From assembly GCA_035490435.1 (NCBI GenBank), contig DATHEF010000004.1, forward strand, positions 216,044 to 280,043: a stretch of 64,000 bases of DNA, given 5' to 3'. Shown here piece after piece: positions 59,799 through 64,000 of the stretch. Numbering within the stretch: the first letter of the stretch is position 1; the number at the start of each line of letters is the position of its first letter. The notes beneath the pieces are model-generated. The model ran no database searches. It was given only the letters and a program-made list of their open reading frames with translations, and was not told where the DNA came from. This DNA comes from Thermoanaerobaculia bacterium. GTDB lineage: Bacteria > Acidobacteriota > Thermoanaerobaculia > Multivoradales > UBA5704. Made by a program: the position numbers and the translations under genes.

Positions 59799-61736
59799 TC
59801 AGTTCCCGCTCTGGTCGAGGCGCAGCACGCCCAGGCCGTTGGTCCCGGCATAGACGATCGACGGATTTCCCGGATCGACCAGCAGGCCCCCTTTGTACTC
59901 GACGCCCGGCGGCCAGAGACCCGCCAGGCTCCAGGTCTCCCCAGCGTCGGTGCTCTTGAAGACGCCGTTCTGCAAGGTCGCGGCGTAGAGCGTCGCGGGC
60001 TCGACCGGGTCGGGCGCCAGGGCGACCACAGACACGCCGGAGGGTAATCCGGTCGAGAAGGACTGCCAAGTCTGCCCGCCGTCGCGGCTCCGCGTCACCG
60101 CGGCCCCCTGGCCGCCCCAGAGGGTGCCCGCGACCAGCGGTGAGGGGGTGAAGGAGCTGGCAAGCAGGGGCTCTCTGCTCAGCGGTGTCCAAGTCACTCC
60201 GTTGTCCGTGCTCCGCAAGAGGTCTTGAAAAATCTGCGCGTAGACGGCCGAGGTGAAGGGGTCGATCCCCAGGAGCGCGTCCCTGCCAGGAACAAAAGAG
60301 AGGACGTTGCCGATGCACGACCAGGTCGCGCCCGCATCCAGGCTGCGAAAGAATGTGCAGATTGATATGTCGCAGTGGAGACCATTGATATAAGCGGAGG
60401 CGAAGACGTGGGACGGCTCCCGGGGATCGAGAGCGATCCGTCTGAACAACAGACAGGAAGAAGCGAGGGGCACGGTCCAGCGCCGGCCGCCGTTCGTGCT
60501 CTTGACGATGCTAGTGGGCGTCAAGGCGTAGACGATGTTCGGGTCGGCCGGATCGACCACGAGCGGCCGGCCTGAGGCAGGCGGGCTCGCGAGGTCACCC
60601 AGGCGCAGCCACGGCCGGCCCCGGCTGGCCGTCTTGAAGATCCCCATGGACGCTTCGGCGGCATAGAGCCGGGCCGGCTCCTGATGGTCGATGTCCATCC
60701 CGGCGATCGAGGTGGCGGCCAAGCCGGCGATGCGGACTTGCCAGGTGAGACCCCGGTCGGTGCTCAGCAGGACGCCTGCCGGGGTGCCGGCCAGCACACC
60801 ATATCCGGTTGTCTCCAGGGCATTGACGGAACCGCCGGCGAGTTGGGGAACGGGACGCGACCAGTCGCGTCCACCGTTGACGCTACGGAAGAGCTCACCT
60901 CCCGCGACGGCATAGACGATGGAGCGATTCTTCCGGTCCACGGCGAGCTCCGAAATCGTCGGCAGCGTGCCGTCGACCGCCGGCGGCAGCCCGCCCTGGC
61001 TCAGCCGCCAGGTAGCGCCGCCGTTCAGGCTCTTGAACAGCACTCTCTTGTCCTGCCGGATGCCGATGTAGAGGACCTGAGGATCGACGGGATCGACCGC
61101 GACCGCTTCGACGTGGGGAGGGGAGGGGAAGGGAGGGCTGTCGTCGATCCAGGTCTGGCCGTCGTCGGTGCTCCGCCAGAGCCCGTTGCCGGCTCCCGCG
61201 TACACCACCGTGCGCCGGCCGGTCAGCGCGAACGCGATCTTCGCGACCCCTTCCAGACCCTCGACGGCCGTGCGGGTGACGCCGCCGTTCGCGCTGCGCA
61301 GCAGGACCCCGCCCCGCACGGCGAAGACGATCGCGGCCTTGCGCGGGTGCGTCGCGACGAGCGTGTAGACGTCCGGGCTGGCGTCGAGCGCCGGCCACAG
61401 GGCACCGCCGTTCGTGCTCTTGAGGAGCCCGCGGTTGGTCGCGGCATACAGGGCCTTTCCCTGGACGTCGATGGCCAGGTCGAGAACGTTCCGGCCGAAC
61501 GCGTCGGTGGCGGCTCCCCAGCTTTGGCCACGGTCGGCGCTCTTGAAGATGCCGTAGCCCTGCTGGAGGCCGGCCAGGATCAAGCCGGGGAGCGCCGGCG
61601 AAACCGCCAGGGCCTGGACGTTGCCGCCGTCGGGCCCGATGGCGGTCCAGGGGGGCAACTGATCCGCCGCGAGCCGGGATGAGGGGAGGGGCAGTGCGGT
61701 GAGAAGCAGACAGATCGCGAGATGCCGAAAGCTCAT
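59799..61736 (-). CDS. secreted BNR/Asp-box (sortilin/GH74/Ycf48-like) beta-propeller repeat protein
   Basis: Signal peptide MSFRHLAICLLLTALPLPSSRLAA; many S-x-D-x-G-x-T-W repeats (KSTNGGALW, RSTDDGQTW, KSLNGGATW, RSVNGGRDW, STDRGLTW, KSTNGGRRW, RSTDNGVTW, RSRDGGQTW, KSTDAGETW). Confidence 0.85.
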   Translation of the reverse strand: MSFRHLAICLLLTALPLPSSRLAADQLPPWTAIGPDGGNVQALAVSPALPGLILAGLQQGYGIFKSADRGQSWGAATDAFGRNVLDLAIDVQGKALYAATNRGLLKSTNGGALWPALDASPDVYTLVATHPRKAAIVFAVRGGVLLRSANGGVTRTAVEGLEGVAKIAFALTGRRTVVYAGAGNGLWRSTDDGQTWIDDSPPFPSPPHVEAVAVDPVDPQVLYIGIRQDKRVLFKSLNGGATWRLSQGGLPPAVDGTLPTISELAVDRKNRSIVYAVAGGELFRSVNGGRDWSRPVPQLAGGSVNALETTGYGVLAGTPAGVLLSTDRGLTWQVRIAGLAATSIAGMDIDHQEPARLYAAEASMGIFKTASRGRPWLRLGDLASPPASGRPLVVDPADPNIVYALTPTSIVKSTNGGRRWTVPLASSCLLFRRIALDPREPSHVFASAYINGLHCDISICTFFRSLDAGATWSCIGNVLSFVPGRDALLGIDPFTSAVYAQIFQDLLRSTDNGVTWTPLSREPLLASSFTPSPLVAGTLWGGQGAAVTRSRDGGQTWQSFSTGLPSGVSVVALAPDPVEPATLYAATLQNGVFKSTDAGETWSLAGLWPPGVEYKGGLLVDPGNPSIVYAGTNGLGVLRLDQSGN

Positions 61737-61850
61737 GGTGGTCTCCTTGAGGGTTCGTTTCGATTCGAAGAATTTTCTAAATAGTCATACGAAGCGGAGC
61801 CACGAACCGTCACCGGAGCCGGGAGGGAGAGCGGGGGAGTCAGGACGTGT

Positions 61851-62105
61851 AGCGGGGGAGAGGGGAAAGATCTATGGAAGCCGTACAACAGCGGGGGGAG
61901 GGGTCCCCCCGCGAGGGGAGTTAAGCCCCCGCTCAGGTATACCCCTCTCCCTGGCGGGTACAGGGGCCCCCAAGCAGGGGGAGGGGTTCCCCAAGAAGGT
62001 ACAGGGGTCTCCCTGCTTGGGGAGTTAAGCCCCGCTCAGGCAGGTATACCCCCCTCCCCGGCAGGTACGGGGGTCTCCCAAGAAGGGGAGGAGTTCCCCC
62101 GCTCC
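61851..62105. repeat. about 2.5 tandem copies of an approximately 95-bp GC-rich repeat
   Basis: Recurring GGGGAGTTAAGCCCC(C)GCTCAGG..GGTATACCCC.CTCCC.GGC.GGTAC.GGGG ... CCAAG.AGGGGGAGG units directly upstream (5') of two tandem DinB-like paralogs. Confidence 0.7.
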
Positions 62106-62127
62106 GGTGGCAATCGCTCTGCGATCC

Positions 62128-62625
62128 CTACATGTTCCCTTCGTCCGCCGACGGGCCGTAGAGGGCGGGGACCGGGATGTCGTTGAGCCGCATGTAAACG
62201 GTGAGCTGGGCGCGATGGTGGATAATGTGGTTCATGACCATGGCGCGCAGCACGGCGATCCTTGGCATCGTGAAGACCACATGGTCGCCGTTGCGGAGCG
62301 TCCAGGGCTTGGACCAGTCCTCATTGCTGGCGTTCGCGATGGCCTCGCGGGCCTCGGCGCTGGTCTTGTCGAAGAGCGCCAGCAGCTTTTCGGTGGTGTT
62401 CACCTTGGGGACTTCCCCAGGCTGGGAGACGTCGAATTCCTCGGAGGCGAGGGTCATGGTGGCCCAGGAGGAGAGCCGGGCGACGTGAGTCGCCAGCTTG
62501 CCAAGGCTGAAGGACTTGGGGTGCGGCTGCCAGGTGAACTTGTCGGCGGGCATCCGCTGGAGGACTCGGCGGGTGCCCGCCATCTCCTGGTCGAATTCGG
62601 GAAGCAGGGACTGGCTCAGGTTCAT
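62128..62625 (-). CDS. DinB/YfiT-like four-helix-bundle protein (DinB_2 superfamily)
   Basis: ...MVMNHIIHHRAQLTVYMRLNDIPVPALYGPS C-terminal His-rich motif; tandem paralog of the next gene, about 60% identical. Confidence 0.7.
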   Translation of the reverse strand: MNLSQSLLPEFDQEMAGTRRVLQRMPADKFTWQPHPKSFSLGKLATHVARLSSWATMTLASEEFDVSQPGEVPKVNTTEKLLALFDKTSAEAREAIANASNEDWSKPWTLRNGDHVVFTMPRIAVLRAMVMNHIIHHRAQLTVYMRLNDIPVPALYGPSADEGNM

Positions 62626-62643
62626 GGAATCTCCTCTGAAGGT

Positions 62644-63147
62644 CTAGAAGTTGCTCTCGTCCGCCGACGGACCGTAGAGGCCGGGGACGGGGATGTCGTT
62701 GAGCCGCAGGTAGACGGTGAGCTGGGCGCGGTGATGAATGATGTGGTTCATGACGAAGCCGCGCAGCACGGCGATTTTCGGCATCGTGAAGAGCACCTGT
62801 TCGCCATTGCGGAGCGTCCAGTTCTTGAAGAACTCTTCATCGCCGGCTCCGGCCAGGGCCGCCCGGGCCTCGCCGACGCACTTGTCGAAAATATTCAGCA
62901 GGTCCTCGGTCTTCTCTACCTGGGTCGGGGCATAGGGTTTCGCGGCGAAGTCCAACTCGCTGGTGTTGAGGGTCAGGGTGGTCCAGGAGGGGAGCTCGGC
63001 GACATGGACCGCCAGACGGCTGAAGTTCATGGACTTCTCATGAGGGCCCCAGGAAAACTTGTCGGCGGGCACGCGCTCGAGGACGCGGCGGGTTCCGGCC
63101 ATCTCCTGGTCGAACTCGGGAAGAAGGGACTGGCTAATGCTCATGAG
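62644..63147 (-). CDS. DinB/YfiT-like protein, second tandem paralog
   Basis: MSISQSLLPEFDQEMAGTRRVLERVPADKF...FVMNHIIHHRAQLTVYLRLNDIPVPGLYGPS. Confidence 0.7.
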   Translation of the reverse strand, partial: LMSISQSLLPEFDQEMAGTRRVLERVPADKFSWGPHEKSMNFSRLAVHVAELPSWTTLTLNTSELDFAAKPYAPTQVEKTEDLLNIFDKCVGEARAALAGAGDEEFFKNWTLRNGEQVLFTMPKIAVLRGFVMNHIIHHRAQLTVYLRLNDIPVPGLYGPSADESNF

Positions 63148-63219
63148 GGTTTCCTCCAAAGGGTTGGTTGTTTTCGGGGATCGTAGAAGAAATCCCGTGC
63201 TGCGGCAATGGGGCGAAAG

Positions 63220-63795
63220 TTACGATCCCGAGACGTCTTCGGGGATGTCTTCAAACAGCGAGGGCTGATCGCCCGTGATCCCGTCGTAGAGCAGCCGATC
63301 CCCGGGGAGGACGCGGGCGTTGGCGTCCAGCTCGTGGGGGTTGGCACGGTTCGGGCCCAGGATATGCAATACCTGGATGCCCCGGACGACCAGGGCATCG
63401 GAGATGAGCCGGCGATGGCAGCGCCAGGGCACGGCCTCGGCGCAGAGGATAGCGACGGTCTCGCCGGCGGCACGCTGGATCAGCCGCCGCAGGGCGGTCT
63501 CGAACTCCGGGGTCTCCATGTGGTCGGCGTAGCCGCGGAAGGCTTCGACGCGCCACGCGGTATGGGGAGAGTCGGGCCGGGCGGCGCGGCGCCCCCCGAG
63601 GCCGGGCTCATGGACGTATTGGATGCCGGCACCGGCGAGCGAGGCGGCGAGGGCGTCGCGCGAGAACTGAGGGTGGCGCCGGGAGCCGGGGAAGCGCCGC
63701 ACGTCCACCAGGGTCCGCACGCCGTGCTCGGCGAGGAGGGCCAGCAGCTCTTCGATGGGGCGGGTGGAGTGGCCGACGGTGAAGACGGGCGGCAT
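63220..63795 (-). CDS. DUF488-family protein
   Basis: MPPVFTVGHSTRPIEELLALLAEHGVRTLVDVRRFPGSRRHPQF matches the DUF488 N-terminal signature. Confidence 0.7.
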   Translation of the reverse strand: MPPVFTVGHSTRPIEELLALLAEHGVRTLVDVRRFPGSRRHPQFSRDALAASLAGAGIQYVHEPGLGGRRAARPDSPHTAWRVEAFRGYADHMETPEFETALRRLIQRAAGETVAILCAEAVPWRCHRRLISDALVVRGIQVLHILGPNRANPHELDANARVLPGDRLLYDGITGDQPSLFEDIPEDVSGS

Positions 63796-63899
63796 GGGGC
63801 TACTATATCGCCTGTAAATATCGGCCCAAGAGGTTTTGTTGGGCTGGTGGAATGGAGCACGGAATCGACGTTTCAGGAGTCTCGGAGAGCCACGAATTA

Positions 63900-64000
63900 A
63901 TGCCGCTGCGGGTCATGACCTACAACATCCACCGCGCGATCGGGGTCGATCGCCGGTTCCGGCCGGAGCGCATCGTGGCGATCCTGCGTCACTACGATCC
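63900..64000 (+). CDS. endonuclease/exonuclease/phosphatase (EEP) family protein, N-terminal fragment (runs off the window)
   Basis: MPLRVMTYNIHRAIGVDRRFRPERIVAILRHYD matches the EEP N-terminus (MTYNIH). An alternative in-frame ATG at 63852 is possible. Confidence 0.5.
   Translation, partial: MPLRVMTYNIHRAIGVDRRFRPERIVAILRHYD

Overview
High-GC (about 68-70%) bacterial chromosomal window. The gene content (several S9/M48 peptidases, a TPR-Ser/Thr kinase, an FHA-sigma54 activator, DinB-like paralogs) resembles Acidobacteria- or Myxococcota-like soil bacteria, but no taxon can be assigned from sequence alone. At this GC the supplied ORF track is dominated by spurious opposite-strand and alternative-frame ORFs. 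I kept the frame with protein-like composition and recognisable motifs, and trimmed several starts.

Housekeeping and accessory content:
- Enzymes: a partial FAD-linked oxidase, a TPP enzyme, a metallophosphoesterase, an M48 peptidase, two TolB-propeller S9 peptidases, a tryptophanase-family lyase, an MBL hydrolase, and a CrtC/AttH-like lipocalin protein.
- Transport and signalling: an ArsB/NhaD-type permease, a MacB-like FtsX ABC exporter, an hmuTUV-like iron/heme ABC importer plus an esterase, a hybrid PAS histidine kinase, and a PAS-GGDEF-EAL membrane protein.
- A Ser/Thr kinase with TPRs flanked by two related beta-rich small proteins, next to an FHA-GAF sigma54 activator.
- A NitT/TauT-type ABC importer whose binding protein is fused to an OmpA-like domain, bracketed by two paralogous coiled-coil membrane proteins.
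- A purine-nucleoside-phosphorylase/nucleosidase-like gene overlapping a spore-photoproduct-lyase-family radical SAM gene.

Main candidate for an undescribed system: a dispersed family of three small minus-strand ORFs (35716..35892, 36635..36847, 59539..59727).
- They share a Lys-rich leader of the form MKK...KL.L.RETLR.
- Two of them end in a double-glycine motif followed by a Cys-rich core (6 and 4 Cys), resembling double-glycine RiPP or bacteriocin precursors.
- Copies A and B sit in an accessory patch (35.2-41.1 kb) with toxin-antitoxin modules, an IS1182-family insertion that truncates a TPR-repeat gene, and a 10 x 21-bp tandem repeat block.
- Copy C lies beside a three-gene operon: a membrane protein, a cytoplasmic papain-like C1 cysteine peptidase with an N-terminal HhH-like module, and a small paralog of that module.
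- A separate operon (10526..13066) encodes a protein with a SPASM/twitch-like C-terminal Cys cluster but no radical-SAM CxxxCxxC motif, a SAM methyltransferase and a small membrane protein.

Non-coding structure is unusually rich:
- an 88-bp perfect palindrome;
- an approximately 840-bp nested inverted-repeat cluster (5.06-5.9 kb);
- recurring REP-like palindromic elements;
- two MITE-like elements with long terminal inverted repeats;
- about 95-bp tandem repeats upstream of the DinB-like paralogs.
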